From Myxococcota bacterium (lineage in GTDB: Bacteria > Myxococcota_A > UBA796 > CAJQPC01), in the NCBI GenBank assembly GCA_036229005.1, contig JAZAMN010000043.1:64001-128000 (forward strand): DNA of 64,000 nucleotides, read 5' to 3'. This document shows, one piece after another, positions 37,029-46,900 of this stretch. Positions within the stretch are counted from its first letter, which is position 1. Each line of letters begins with the position of its first letter. The position numbers and the translations under genes were made by a program. The notes beneath the pieces are model-generated. The model saw nothing but the letters and a program-made list of their open reading frames with translations. It searched no databases and was not told where the DNA came from.

Positions 37029-37772
37029 ATGGCGGATCTGCGCGTTCTGGTGGTCGACGAGGCCCTCGCGGCCAAGGCGCTCAAGGCCCTGGGGGCCGCG
37101 GAGATCGCCGTACAGGCGCAGGGCAAGGTCGCCCAGGACCAGGACCCCGTTCGGGCCGCCGTCTCCATCCTGGGAGAGCTGCGCGCAGCCCGCACCCCCG
37201 CTGCGCCCGCTCAGGAGGGCCTGCAGGTCCAGCCGATGGCCGCTGAAGAGGCCCCCGAGACCCCGCTCCCGTCCTGGCAGATCGCTCTGGCGGAGAGGGG
37301 AGGGGTTCTGCAGCGCGACAAGCGGGTGGGCCCACCGCCTGCGCTCGCGTCCTCTGCCCCCATCATGGACGTGCTCAACTCCGCCGGCGAGGTCGGGGTG
37401 GTGCAGCTCGGCGATGAGCGCTACGCCGCCTACGGCTGGCCCGATCTGCGCCGGGAGAACGCCAAGGTGCTGCTGGTCGGCCCCGGCGAACCCCTGGGCG
37501 AGATCGTCGCCCTCCACCGCCTCCCCGCCAAGGTCGGCCTCTGCCGCCGCGGGGGCGGGCTCCTCCACAGCACCGGGCGCATGGGCCGGACCTCCACCGA
37601 GGTCACCGGCAGCGACTACCCGGGGGATGGACGGCTCTTCGCGGTCGACAGCGACGCGATCTGGGTCCTGGACGGACAGCAGGTCAGCCGCTGGGACGGC
37701 CACAGGGTCCAGCCGCAGGGGGCACCGAGCTCCGCGCTGGCCTCGCTGATGCTCACCTGGAGTCAAAGATGA
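37029..37772 (+). CDS. Hypothetical protein
   Basis: GGAGG RBS, codon bias, overlap with the next gene. Confidence 0.6.
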   Translation: MADLRVLVVDEALAAKALKALGAAEIAVQAQGKVAQDQDPVRAAVSILGELRAARTPAAPAQEGLQVQPMAAEEAPETPLPSWQIALAERGGVLQRDKRVGPPPALASSAPIMDVLNSAGEVGVVQLGDERYAAYGWPDLRRENAKVLLVGPGEPLGEIVALHRLPAKVGLCRRGGGLLHSTGRMGRTSTEVTGSDYPGDGRLFAVDSDAIWVLDGQQVSRWDGHRVQPQGAPSSALASLMLTWSQR

Positions 37773-39190
37773 CGATGTTCCACCTTCTCGCCGCACTCGC
37801 CTGCACCCCCGACGAGGTCCCCGACAGCGACCCACCCCCGGTGGACGACACGGGGCAGCCCCTCACAGACGAGCACCCCATCGTGTTCATCGAGGGGGAG
37901 ACCCTGGTGTTCGCCCAGGACCAGTCCGTGCAGGTCTCGGGCACCGCGACCGACCGCCAGACGCCCGACGAGCTCACGGTGGAGTGGTGGTCCGACGTGG
38001 ACGGCCTGCTGGCCACCAGCACCGCCAAGAACGGGCTGGTCAGCCTGCGCGCGCCCGAGATGAGCCTGGGCTGGCACACCCTGACCCTCAAGGCCATCGA
38101 CCCCGACGGCCTGGAGGCCACCACCAGCGCGCAGCTCAAGCGCAACCAGCGGCCTCTGGAGCCCGAGTTCCAGGTGCTCCCCGCCGAGCCCACCGACAGC
38201 GAGGCCCTGAGCGTCGAGCTGCTCTCCGAGGGCGTGGACCCCGACGGGGACGCGCTCACCCCCGGCTACCGCTGGTACCGCGACGGCGAGCTGAGCGCCT
38301 ACCAGACCGCCACCGTGCCGGCCTCCGCGCTGAGCGGCGGCGAGATCTGGGAGGTCGAGGTCTTCTTTGAGGACGGGATCGAAGAGGGAGAGGTGGGGGT
38401 CGCCAAGGTCCAGATCGAGAACCACCTCCCGGGCACCCCGGGGGTCGCGATGTCGCCGGAGCGCATCGCAGCGGGGGTGGAGCCGGCCGTCTGCGAGGTC
38501 ACCAAGGCCGCCACCGACGTGGACGGTCAGGAGCTGAGCTACTGGACCGTGTGGGTGGGCGATGGCCTGAGCTACCCCGACGACTTCAAGGACGCCCTGG
38601 GCGCCACCGACACCGTGTGGCCCGGGGACACCCTCCCGGCAGCCGACACCGACCTGGCCGAGACCTGGACCTGCTCGATGCAGGCCGACGATGGCTGGGA
38701 TCTGGGGCCCGCGGGCAGCGCGTTCGGCACCGCGGTGGAGCCCACGGCGCTGGGCATGACCACCCTGCAGAAGGGCCAGAAGGTCGAGGCCGGGCGGGTG
38801 ATGATGGTCCCCGTGACCGTCTACAAGGACGCAACCCTGGTGGCGCTGGTGCTCTACACCAGCAGCGCGAACGGCGAGCTCAAGATGGCCCTCTATTCGG
38901 ACACCAACGACGGCCCCCGCGAGCTGCTGACCACCACCGACACCGTGACCCTGGTCGAAGGCGAGAACATCCTGCTCACCCAGGAGCAGCTCGAGCTGGA
39001 GCCGGGGGAGACCTACTGGGTGGCCTTCACCCACTCCGACACGGAGACCCTGCACTACCGCTCGGACTCCAAGCAGAAGTCGGTGTATTACCCCCTCAAG
39101 TACGGAAAGCCCTGGCCTTCCAGCTTCACGTCCAGCGGGCTCTACGAGCTGGACGGTTACCGATTCAACACTTGGATGCTCGTAAAGTGA
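37769..39190 (+). CDS. Acidic lipoprotein with Ig-like domains
   Basis: LAALAC lipobox; WWSDVDGLL, GWHTLTLKAIDPDG and DPDGD..YRWYRDG Ig-like repeats. Confidence 0.7.
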   Translation: MTMFHLLAALACTPDEVPDSDPPPVDDTGQPLTDEHPIVFIEGETLVFAQDQSVQVSGTATDRQTPDELTVEWWSDVDGLLATSTAKNGLVSLRAPEMSLGWHTLTLKAIDPDGLEATTSAQLKRNQRPLEPEFQVLPAEPTDSEALSVELLSEGVDPDGDALTPGYRWYRDGELSAYQTATVPASALSGGEIWEVEVFFEDGIEEGEVGVAKVQIENHLPGTPGVAMSPERIAAGVEPAVCEVTKAATDVDGQELSYWTVWVGDGLSYPDDFKDALGATDTVWPGDTLPAADTDLAETWTCSMQADDGWDLGPAGSAFGTAVEPTALGMTTLQKGQKVEAGRVMMVPVTVYKDATLVALVLYTSSANGELKMALYSDTNDGPRELLTTTDTVTLVEGENILLTQEQLELEPGETYWVAFTHSDTETLHYRSDSKQKSVYYPLKYGKPWPSSFTSSGLYELDGYRFNTWMLVK

Positions 39191-40305
39191 CTGACCCCTT
39201 GTCCATCCTGGAGCCCGCGGCCACGCGGGTGCGTGACCCCCTGTCCAACCGCAGCGTGTACCTGGCGGGCATGATCCAGAAGCCCGCCTACGCCGGCAAC
39301 AAGCTGAGCTTCGAGCTGCACTTCCAGAAGGAGCACAGCCGCGAGGACCGCAAGCTGATCACCGAGTCCCTCAAGTCCAACATCCAGGGGCAGGGCTTTG
39401 ACGGCGAGCTGGAGATCTCCATGATGGTCGCGGGCGTGCGCCGCGGCGGCGGTCAGGCCAAGCTCAAGATGGGCGGGGACCAGGCCCCCAAGAAGGACCC
39501 CGTGCGCGGCATGAGCGGCCCCGGCATGCAGGCCCACGGTGGCCCCGTCACCCTCCAGCCCCTCCAGGGCGTCAAGCACATCATCGCCGTGGCCAGCGGC
39601 AAGGGCGGCGTGGGCAAGTCCACCGTCTCCACCAACCTGGCCGTGGCCCTGGCCGACATGGGCTACCTGGTGGGCATCCTGGACGCCGACATCTACGGCC
39701 CCAGCGTGCCCCTGATGCTGCAGGTCAACGGCCGCCCCGTGGCCGGCCCCGGCAAGAAGATCCTGCCCCTGATGGCCTACGGCACCAAGGTCATGTCCAT
39801 CGGCTTCATGGTCGACGAGACCGAGCCCATCATCTGGCGCGGCCCCATGGTCATGGGCGTCATCCGCCAGTTCCTGCAGGACGTGGCCTGGGCCCCCCTG
39901 GACTACCTGATCGTCGACCTGCCCCCGGGCACCGGCGACACCCAGCTCACCATGGTCCAGAACGTCCCCATCTCGGCCTCCATCATCGTGACCACCCCGC
40001 AAGAGGTCGCCCTGCTGGACGCGCGCCGCGGCGTCGAGATGTTCCGCAAGCTCAACGTGCCGGTCATGGGCGTCATCGAGAACATGTCCTACCTGGAGGC
40101 CGGCGGACAGCGCGTCTACCCCTTCGGGCAGGGCGGCGGTGAGCGCCTGGCCAAGGAGCTGGACGTCCCCTTGCTGGGGCAGGTCCCCCTCAACCCCGAG
40201 ATCGCCAAGCGCGGTGACGACGGCAGCCCAGCCGCTCTGGCCGGTGAGATCGGCGCGCCCTTCAAGGCCCTCGCGGAGGCGGTCGCCGACCAGGTCTCCA
40301 TCTGA
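39187..40305 (+). CDS. mrp: Mrp/ApbC (NBP35) Fe-S cluster carrier ATPase
   Basis: ASGKGGVGKST, DADIYGPS, WRGPM, DLPPGTGD, VTTPQ and GVIENMS. GTG start overlaps the upstream stop. Confidence 0.93.
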   Translation: MTDPLSILEPAATRVRDPLSNRSVYLAGMIQKPAYAGNKLSFELHFQKEHSREDRKLITESLKSNIQGQGFDGELEISMMVAGVRRGGGQAKLKMGGDQAPKKDPVRGMSGPGMQAHGGPVTLQPLQGVKHIIAVASGKGGVGKSTVSTNLAVALADMGYLVGILDADIYGPSVPLMLQVNGRPVAGPGKKILPLMAYGTKVMSIGFMVDETEPIIWRGPMVMGVIRQFLQDVAWAPLDYLIVDLPPGTGDTQLTMVQNVPISASIIVTTPQEVALLDARRGVEMFRKLNVPVMGVIENMSYLEAGGQRVYPFGQGGGERLAKELDVPLLGQVPLNPEIAKRGDDGSPAALAGEIGAPFKALAEAVADQVSI

Positions 40306-41291
40306 TGGCGCCTCTGGTGGACCGCTTCGGTCGCCAGCACACCTACCTGCGTGTGTCGGTGACCGACCGCTGCAACTACCGCTGCGTCTACTGCATGCCC
40401 CACGAGGGCCTGGACTGGATGGACCGCGACGAGCTCCTCACCTATGAGGAGATCGCTCGCCTGGTCCGCGTGTTCGCCTCCATGGGCGTGCGCAGCGTGC
40501 GGCTGACCGGCGGCGAGCCCATGCTGCGCCGGAACATCGAGTTCCTCATCTCCGAGCTCGGCGCCATCGACGGCATCGAAGACCTGGCCATGACCACCAA
40601 CGGCCACCGCCTCGCCCAGCTCGCGCCTCTGCTCAAGGAGTCTGGGCTCACGCGCCTCAACGTCAGCCTGGACAGCCTTCAGCCCGAGCGCTTCGCGGCC
40701 CTCACCCGCGGCGGCAAGCTGGACAAGGTGCTCGCGGGCCTGGAGGCCTGCCGCCAGGTCGGCCTGGGCCCCATCAAGATCAACTGCGTGATCCTGGAGG
40801 ACGAGAACGACGACGAGCTCTACGACCTGGTCGAGTTCTTTGGCCGCCATCCCGACCACTACGAGCTGCGCTTCATCGAGTACATGCCCTTCGAGGCCCG
40901 CTGGCACCTCTCCGTGCGCAGCGCCGACCTGCGCAAGCGCCTGAGCGCCGTCTACACCCTGGAGCCCCAGGAGCAGACCCGCGTCGGCCGGGGCCCCGCC
41001 CGCATGTGGCGCGTCGCCGAGAGCGGCCTCAAGGTGGGCTTCATCTCGCCGCTCTCCAAGAAGTTCTGCGGCGACTGCAACCGCCTGCGCCTGATGGCCA
41101 ACGGGCACCTGCGCACCTGCCTGAGCGACGACGGCACCCCCAGCCTGCGCGACATCCTGCGCGGCGGAGCCAGCGACCCGGAGCTGGAGTCCACCATCCG
41201 GGCCATGGTCCTGAACAAGATCGAGGGCCACAACGCCTTGATCCAGGGCGGCACCCCCTTCGAGGGCGTCATGACCCGCGTGGGCGGCTGA
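40305..41291 (+). CDS. moaA: GTP 3',8-cyclase
   Basis: YLRVSVTDRCNYRCVYCMP, FCGDCNRLRL..G.LRTCL and a C-terminal GG. Confidence 0.97.
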   Translation: MAPLVDRFGRQHTYLRVSVTDRCNYRCVYCMPHEGLDWMDRDELLTYEEIARLVRVFASMGVRSVRLTGGEPMLRRNIEFLISELGAIDGIEDLAMTTNGHRLAQLAPLLKESGLTRLNVSLDSLQPERFAALTRGGKLDKVLAGLEACRQVGLGPIKINCVILEDENDDELYDLVEFFGRHPDHYELRFIEYMPFEARWHLSVRSADLRKRLSAVYTLEPQEQTRVGRGPARMWRVAESGLKVGFISPLSKKFCGDCNRLRLMANGHLRTCLSDDGTPSLRDILRGGASDPELESTIRAMVLNKIEGHNALIQGGTPFEGVMTRVGG

Positions 41292-42249
41292 GTGGCGCGC
41301 CGCGATGGGGTCAAGGAGGCCCTGGACCAGCTCCGGCCTCTCCGGGGTCAGGTCGAGGGGGGTGAAGATCTGCTGCGCAAGCACCTGGCCCACCGCTCGG
41401 GCCACGTGGTGGGCGCGGCCGCCGACATCATCCGCGAGCGCGAGGACATCGGCTTCGAGTCCGCTGCGCGCCGCCTTCCGGCGCCTGAACGCCAAGGGCG
41501 CCAAGCTGGACCCCGGGTGCACCGGCCAGCTCGCCTGCGTTCAGGCCCTCGATGTCCTCGGCTGCGCCGACGAGTCCCTGTTCATGAAGGCCGTGTCCAC
41601 CATCCAGCGTGAGCCCGCGTGGGGCGGTGCGCAAGACACGGCCGCGGGCCTCCGATCCCAGGCGGTGTGGAGCCTGACCCGGCTGGGGCCCAGCGACCTC
41701 CTCATCCTCCTCTCCCAGGCGCTGCTGGACGAGAGCGAGCGCGTGCAGGAAGAGGCCGCCCGCTGCATCGGCATCTACGGCCACCCCCACGGCCTGGCCC
41801 TGCTTCACCTGGCCCTGGGACACCCCAAGCGACCGCCCCGGGGCCTCTCACCCGGCCTGGCCTTCTCGGCGCTGCGCAGCATGCTCGCCCTGGACGCCGC
41901 CGCCGGACTGGACTGGGCGCGGCAGGCCCTGCAGATCGAGCACCCGCTGCTCCCCGAGCTCCTCCTGGCCATCGGGGAGAGCCGGGAGGAGGAGGGGCTC
42001 TCGCTGCTGCAGCACGCCTTGGCCCACCACCACGCGCCCGCCGCCCTCACGGCCGCCGGCCTGCTCCGCTCCGAGGCCGCCCGCGACTGGCTGCTGGACC
42101 TGCTCGCCAGCGAGGACAGGCCGGTCGCAAAGCCCGCTCTGGAGGCCCTCAAGGTCTATGCCTTCCAGGGGGACACCCTGGCCAACGCGCGCCGGGCGGC
42201 CGCGCGGAATCCCTACTGGGAGGCGGATGTGGACGGGGTGTTGGGGTAG
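41292..42249 (+). pseudogene. HEAT-repeat-like protein split by a frameshift near 41460 (pseudogene or sequence error)
   Basis: The frame from GTG 41292 reads well up to ...EDIGFES; the 41305 frame reads well from LRAAFRRL..KLDPGC..EPAWGGAQDTAAGLR. Confidence 0.65.
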
Positions 42250-42261
42250 GCTGGGGCGCAC

Positions 42262-43140
42262 GTGGAGGGACAGATGGGGGGCTTGGGTCTGATGCTGCTG
42301 GTGGCCTGCGGGGCGCCCCCGCCCCAGACCTGCGTGGCGGTCACGCCCCACGACGGCGCCGGCCAGGTGCGCCTGGAGCACGACGACGGGGTGATGGTGC
42401 TCGCGCTGGAGACGGGGGCGGAGAACCTCAAGGTCTTTGACCACGGGGCGCCCTGGCTGGAGGATCACTGGACCGGCCGCGAGAAGCGCTACAGCCTGTG
42501 GGGGAGCAGCGTTCGGCGGCTGCGGCGGCAGCGGCGCCTGCGCTTTGGGTGGGGGCGGGGGGCGCTCGTGGTGGACCCCTGGCGGCAGCTCGAAGCGCCG
42601 GTTCACGAGCTGGACTCCGCCTGGGGCGGACTGGTCGACGCCTGGGGTGGCAAGGACTTCTTCTTTGCCCTGGGCGACCAGGTCACCTACCAAGGCGGGC
42701 AGCTCTGCGGAGAGCGGCGCGGACACTGCCACGCGCCCTTGGCGGACAAGGCGCTGGTGTCGCTGCGGGATCCCCAGGGAGAGACCCTGCGCTTGATGGT
42801 GGACTCGGCCTTCCACCACAGCCGCCTCTGGGGGCGCGGCGAGCAGCCGGTGCGCCTGCAGCTCGTGGACGGCAGCCTGGGCAGCCTCTGGGCCTGGCCC
42901 TACCCGAGCAGCAGCAAGAGCGACCGCTCCGGAACGGGGACCCTGGGCGAGCAGTCGCCCGACGGGGTGCTGGGGTGGGCGGACCTGCAGGACAGCGCGT
43001 GGAGCTGGGACCTGTGCACCGCCGAGTTCGTGTTCACCCAGGGACCGAGCGCGGCCGACAGCGCCCCGGCGCTCAGCGCCCACACCCTCCGGCGCAACGG
43101 CCACAACGCCAGGCTGCGGCAGCAGGACCGGGCGGAGTAG
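42262..43140 (+). CDS. Hypothetical Trp-rich lipoprotein
   Basis: LLVAC lipobox; start uncertain. Confidence 0.55.
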   Translation: MEGQMGGLGLMLLVACGAPPPQTCVAVTPHDGAGQVRLEHDDGVMVLALETGAENLKVFDHGAPWLEDHWTGREKRYSLWGSSVRRLRRQRRLRFGWGRGALVVDPWRQLEAPVHELDSAWGGLVDAWGGKDFFFALGDQVTYQGGQLCGERRGHCHAPLADKALVSLRDPQGETLRLMVDSAFHHSRLWGRGEQPVRLQLVDGSLGSLWAWPYPSSSKSDRSGTGTLGEQSPDGVLGWADLQDSAWSWDLCTAEFVFTQGPSAADSAPALSAHTLRRNGHNARLRQQDRAE

Positions 43141-43149
43141 AGTGCGGCC

Positions 43150-44004
43150 ATGTTCCTGCTTCAGCTTGTCCTCGCCTGCACCCACACTCCAAAGATCTCG
43201 CAAGAGGACGCCTCGTACCTGGCGTTTCACTCCTGCAACCTGACGGTGCCCACCAGCCTCTTGCCCCCTGAGCTGGAGCTCGCGCCCGTCAAGGGCGGCT
43301 GGGACCGGCCGGCGGAGTTCTCGCCCCTGGTGGCGGTGGGGAAGGACGGGATTTGGCTGGATGGGGAGCGGATGGACAACGCGGAGCAACTGCGCTCTCA
43401 CCTCATCGACCGGGGGGAGCGCGGAGCGGGTGGAATGACTCTGGGCGCCGGCGAGGCACCCGGTGGTCAGCGCGTGCTCCTGGCCATCGACCGAGGCCTG
43501 ACCCTGATGGAGGTGGGGCCTGTGCTCACTGCCCTCCGCAGCGTCGGGCGCACCGACTGGGAGCTCTTGGCCGCCCACGCGGACCCGCTGCCGCCGCCCG
43601 AGCTCCCCCATCCGGAGCTGGGCGCGCGGGTCCAGGCCGAGATCGCCGCCACCCCCAGCGAGCGGTCCGCCATCCTGGCCCGGGAGCTGGAGCCTCTGGC
43701 CGTGCGCTGCGGGGCCCTGACCGATGCCCTGAGCGCTGCCCAGATGGCCCCCGCCGAGGCCCAGTGTCGTGTGCTGCTCGCCCAGGACTACACCAAGCGC
43801 TGCAAGCAGGACGCCGCGGCCATCCTGACCCTGCTGCAGATCGCCGAGGGCAGCGGCCCCGCCGTCACCCACCTGCGCGTCCACATCGCGCCCACCGGCA
43901 CCCTGGTCCCCCTCAATCAGACCGCCCTGTGGTCCGAGGCCATCACCCGCCTGGCGGAGTTCGACGGGGAGACGGTGAATCCGGCGGTGTCCGCGCCGCG
44001 TTGA
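43150..44004 (+). CDS. Lipoprotein with an ExbD/TolR-like periplasmic segment
   Basis: LVLAC lipobox; VAVGKDGIWLDGE...RVLLAIDRGL....V..VL.AL...G pattern. Confidence 0.5.
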   Translation: MFLLQLVLACTHTPKISQEDASYLAFHSCNLTVPTSLLPPELELAPVKGGWDRPAEFSPLVAVGKDGIWLDGERMDNAEQLRSHLIDRGERGAGGMTLGAGEAPGGQRVLLAIDRGLTLMEVGPVLTALRSVGRTDWELLAAHADPLPPPELPHPELGARVQAEIAATPSERSAILARELEPLAVRCGALTDALSAAQMAPAEAQCRVLLAQDYTKRCKQDAAAILTLLQIAEGSGPAVTHLRVHIAPTGTLVPLNQTALWSEAITRLAEFDGETVNPAVSAPR

Positions 44005-44022
44005 GGCGGTGGCTCGCGCGCT

Positions 44023-44913
44023 CTACTCGATGCAGGTCCAGCTCTCGTTGGGAAAAGCCTGGTCCCAATCCTGTCTCCAGGCTGGGTTCATCTCCTCGAG
44101 ATCGTTGGCTTCGTTCACGCGGCGGAGGGCGGACCACGCTGCAGAGCGGAAGCGGTCTGGCCGACAGCTCTGGCCTGAGACCGTCAACAGACCCGACACG
44201 GAGAAGGCGTATGCGCCGTCAAATCGCTCGTCGCAGCCTCCGCTCTCTGGGACCAGCTCCGAGTGGTGCGTGCAGTCGACGTGGTCCCTGAAGGTCTCCA
44301 CATGGGCCGGCTCATGCAGCAAGACGGAGAGCGCCTCGGTCGGGGTGGGTGAGCGCAGCCCGAGGTAGAGGGTCCCGGTGGCTCGCTCGAACCTGGCGTA
44401 GGCCGATGTGTTCTCGGTGAGGACCACCGGCTCGACATGGTTCACAAGCGAAGTCAGGTAGTTGTAGTTGGTGGCGCGAAGGGACTGCAGATCGGTCTCG
44501 AAAGCCGCCTGTTCCACCACTTCAAGGTACGCGTCTGCGATGAGTGGTGAAGGCTCCAAGGCGTCTACCCGGCCCAGGTCGTAGAGGAGCAGCAGGCGCA
44601 GGCCCGCCAGGAGCATGCCCAACCTTTGACTTGTGTAGCCGCGTCCCGCGCTGTTCACGCTCTCGTAGGGGTCCAGCTCGTCCATGGCGACGAAGGCGTC
44701 CATGTCGATCCCCAGGTCCACGCTGATGTGGTCCAGGCAGTCCTCGGAGGGGAAGGCGGGGCGGTCCCCTGTGGGGTACCAGATCGCGCCCGGGGTCTCC
44801 GCGTCGATCGCTGCGGTGTAGTCGTCCCAGTGACACACCGCCTCCATGGCGGTGTATTGGTCGGTGTAGGTTGGCGCGCAGCCGGTCCCCAGCAGCAGCA
44901 GAATGGTGGTCAT
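44023..44913 (-). CDS. HExxH lipoprotein, paralog 3 of a tandem trio
   Basis: MTTILLLLGTGC and LLHEPAHVETFRDHVDC; ATGA overlap with paralog 2. Confidence 0.8.
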   Translation of the reverse strand: MTTILLLLGTGCAPTYTDQYTAMEAVCHWDDYTAAIDAETPGAIWYPTGDRPAFPSEDCLDHISVDLGIDMDAFVAMDELDPYESVNSAGRGYTSQRLGMLLAGLRLLLLYDLGRVDALEPSPLIADAYLEVVEQAAFETDLQSLRATNYNYLTSLVNHVEPVVLTENTSAYARFERATGTLYLGLRSPTPTEALSVLLHEPAHVETFRDHVDCTHHSELVPESGGCDERFDGAYAFSVSGLLTVSGQSCRPDRFRSAAWSALRRVNEANDLEEMNPAWRQDWDQAFPNESWTCIE

Positions 44914-45818
44914 GTGGGGTGCGTCGGCTGGCAGCTCGGAACACCCTCCAAGAACACAGCATCCAGGTCCGCCTCCCACTCGGGGAGCATGGTTTCGGGC
45001 CCGTTGGCCTCGTTGACTTGGCGCAGGTTGCTCCAGCCTGCTTCCCGCCAGACCTCGGGCTGACATGCGGCGCTGAGGGTCACAGCCATGGCTGAGATCG
45101 AAAAGCCGATGCTCCCTCCCTCGTAGGTCTCATCACATCCAAGGGGGTGGTCTGACGTGTAGGCGCTCTCGTGGCCGCACGCTGTGTGGCTGGCAGTGGG
45201 CTCGCTGTGGCGGGCTTCGTGCATCAGCAGCGCAGCATTCAGGCCTTGCCCTTGGTTCGGGGCCCAGAGCGTGAGGCGCATGAGGTCCCGGTTGTAGTCG
45301 GCCTGCAGATCGGCGTCTTCTTCCAGAGGAACCGGGCGGGTGTACTGGATCCAGGACGTCAGGTAGTTGTAGTGCGCCGCTCTGGCCTGGGAGAGGTCGG
45401 TATCGCGCACGACCTCCAGCATGGCGTCCGTGTACTGCCCGGAGACGAGCAGCCCCCCGGCGTGGTCTTGGACGTCGCCGTATTCCCGGGTGAGCAGTGC
45501 GCGCAGCCCAGCCAGCATCCCGCCCAACCGCGTGTACTGGTAGCTCCGACCCGTCTCATTCACCCCCTGGTACACATCGACCCCATCCGCGGCGATGAAG
45601 GCATCCACGTCCGTCCCGAGGTCCGCCAGCAGGTGGTCGACGCACTCCTCGGACGGGAAGGCGGCGTAGTCCATGGTGGGGTACCAGACCGCCCAGGGGG
45701 CCTCCGCGTCGATCTCCGCGGTGTAGTCGTCCCAGTGACAGACCGCCTCCATGGCGGTGTATTGGTCGGTGTAGGTGGGCGCGCAGCCGGTCCCCAGCAG
45801 CAGCAGAGCGGTGGTCAT
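44910..45818 (-). CDS. HExxH lipoprotein, paralog 2
   Basis: MTTALLLLGTGC and LMHEARHSEPTASHTAC. Confidence 0.8.
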   Translation of the reverse strand: MTTALLLLGTGCAPTYTDQYTAMEAVCHWDDYTAEIDAEAPWAVWYPTMDYAAFPSEECVDHLLADLGTDVDAFIAADGVDVYQGVNETGRSYQYTRLGGMLAGLRALLTREYGDVQDHAGGLLVSGQYTDAMLEVVRDTDLSQARAAHYNYLTSWIQYTRPVPLEEDADLQADYNRDLMRLTLWAPNQGQGLNAALLMHEARHSEPTASHTACGHESAYTSDHPLGCDETYEGGSIGFSISAMAVTLSAACQPEVWREAGWSNLRQVNEANGPETMLPEWEADLDAVFLEGVPSCQPTHPT

Positions 45819-45897
45819 TTGAGGGGAGGGTACATTGGAAGCACGGCCTCTGGTTGGTGATCTGTGAGGTGTGGGTACGCCTGCTGCTCAGAGCGTC

Positions 45898-46797
45898 TCA
45901 GCCGTCCCCGCAGTCAATGAACTCGTCCGGAAAGACGATGTCCAAGCCTTCGAGGGCCTGTGGGGTCAACCCGTCCTTCGCGCTGTGGTTGTTCACCATT
46001 CTCAGGGCAAGCCAGGCGGCGTAGCGGAACTCGTTGGAGTGGCAGCTTGAGCGAACAAGCACCTCAAGTCCGGCGACGGAGAAGCCAAAGGCGCCCTCCA
46101 GATCTTCGTCGCAGTAGTTCCCCGCTGGGTCCGGAGTGTAGGCGGTGGGGTGCGTGCAGGGGACGTGATTCGCTTCCTCTGCGCTGTGGATTGGTTCATG
46201 CAGCAAGATGCCTGCGGCCCTTGCTGGCCTCTCCGAGGCCGTCGCCCAGACCAGTGTCTGTGTGCCGCGCTCGTATTTCGCTTCGAAGGGCACATCTCCG
46301 TCCACTCGGGGTGGAATGGTCTCCCAGACCATGGAGGTCAGGTAGTTGTAGTGCGCAGCTCTGGCCTCGGGCTGATCCGTGTCCCTCGAGACCTCCCGCA
46401 TGGTTGCCAAGTAGGTCTCCGAGAGAAACTGGCCCTCCGTGTGCTCGTCGACCTCCCCGTAGTCGGCCAGGACAAGTGCGCGTACTCCCGAGAGCAAGCC
46501 GCCCAGGCGTGTGTACCGGTAGGTGCCTCCCGTCTCATTCACCCCCTGGTACACATCGACCCCATCCGCCGCGATGAAAGCATCCACGTCCGTGCCGAGG
46601 TCCGCCAGCAGGTGGTCGACGCACTCTTCGGAGGGAAAGGCGGCGTAGTCCATGGTGGGGTACCAGACCGCCCAGGGGGCCTCCGCGTCGACCTCTGCGG
46701 TGTAGTCGTCCCAGTGACAGACCGCCTCCATGGCGGTGTACTGGTCGGTGTAGGTTGGCGCGCAGCCGGTCCCCAGCAGCAGCAGAATGGTCGTCAT
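45898..46797 (-). CDS. HExxH lipoprotein, paralog 1
   Basis: MTTILLLLGTGC and LLHEPIHSAEEANHVPC. Confidence 0.8.
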   Translation of the reverse strand: MTTILLLLGTGCAPTYTDQYTAMEAVCHWDDYTAEVDAEAPWAVWYPTMDYAAFPSEECVDHLLADLGTDVDAFIAADGVDVYQGVNETGGTYRYTRLGGLLSGVRALVLADYGEVDEHTEGQFLSETYLATMREVSRDTDQPEARAAHYNYLTSMVWETIPPRVDGDVPFEAKYERGTQTLVWATASERPARAAGILLHEPIHSAEEANHVPCTHPTAYTPDPAGNYCDEDLEGAFGFSVAGLEVLVRSSCHSNEFRYAAWLALRMVNNHSAKDGLTPQALEGLDIVFPDEFIDCGDG

Positions 46798-46900
46798 GTG
46801 GGGAGAGGGTACACGGGGATCGCAGAGCGTTGCAGGCGCTCTCTGCTTGACGCATCCGCCGGTCTCGGTGGATACAGGGGCACATCGACAAGGTGACCCC

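Noticed and set aside
44023..46797. Diversity-generating retroelement or toxin-immunity cassette
   Set aside because: No reverse transcriptase, no adenine-specific TR/VR pair and no small immunity ORFs between the paralogs.
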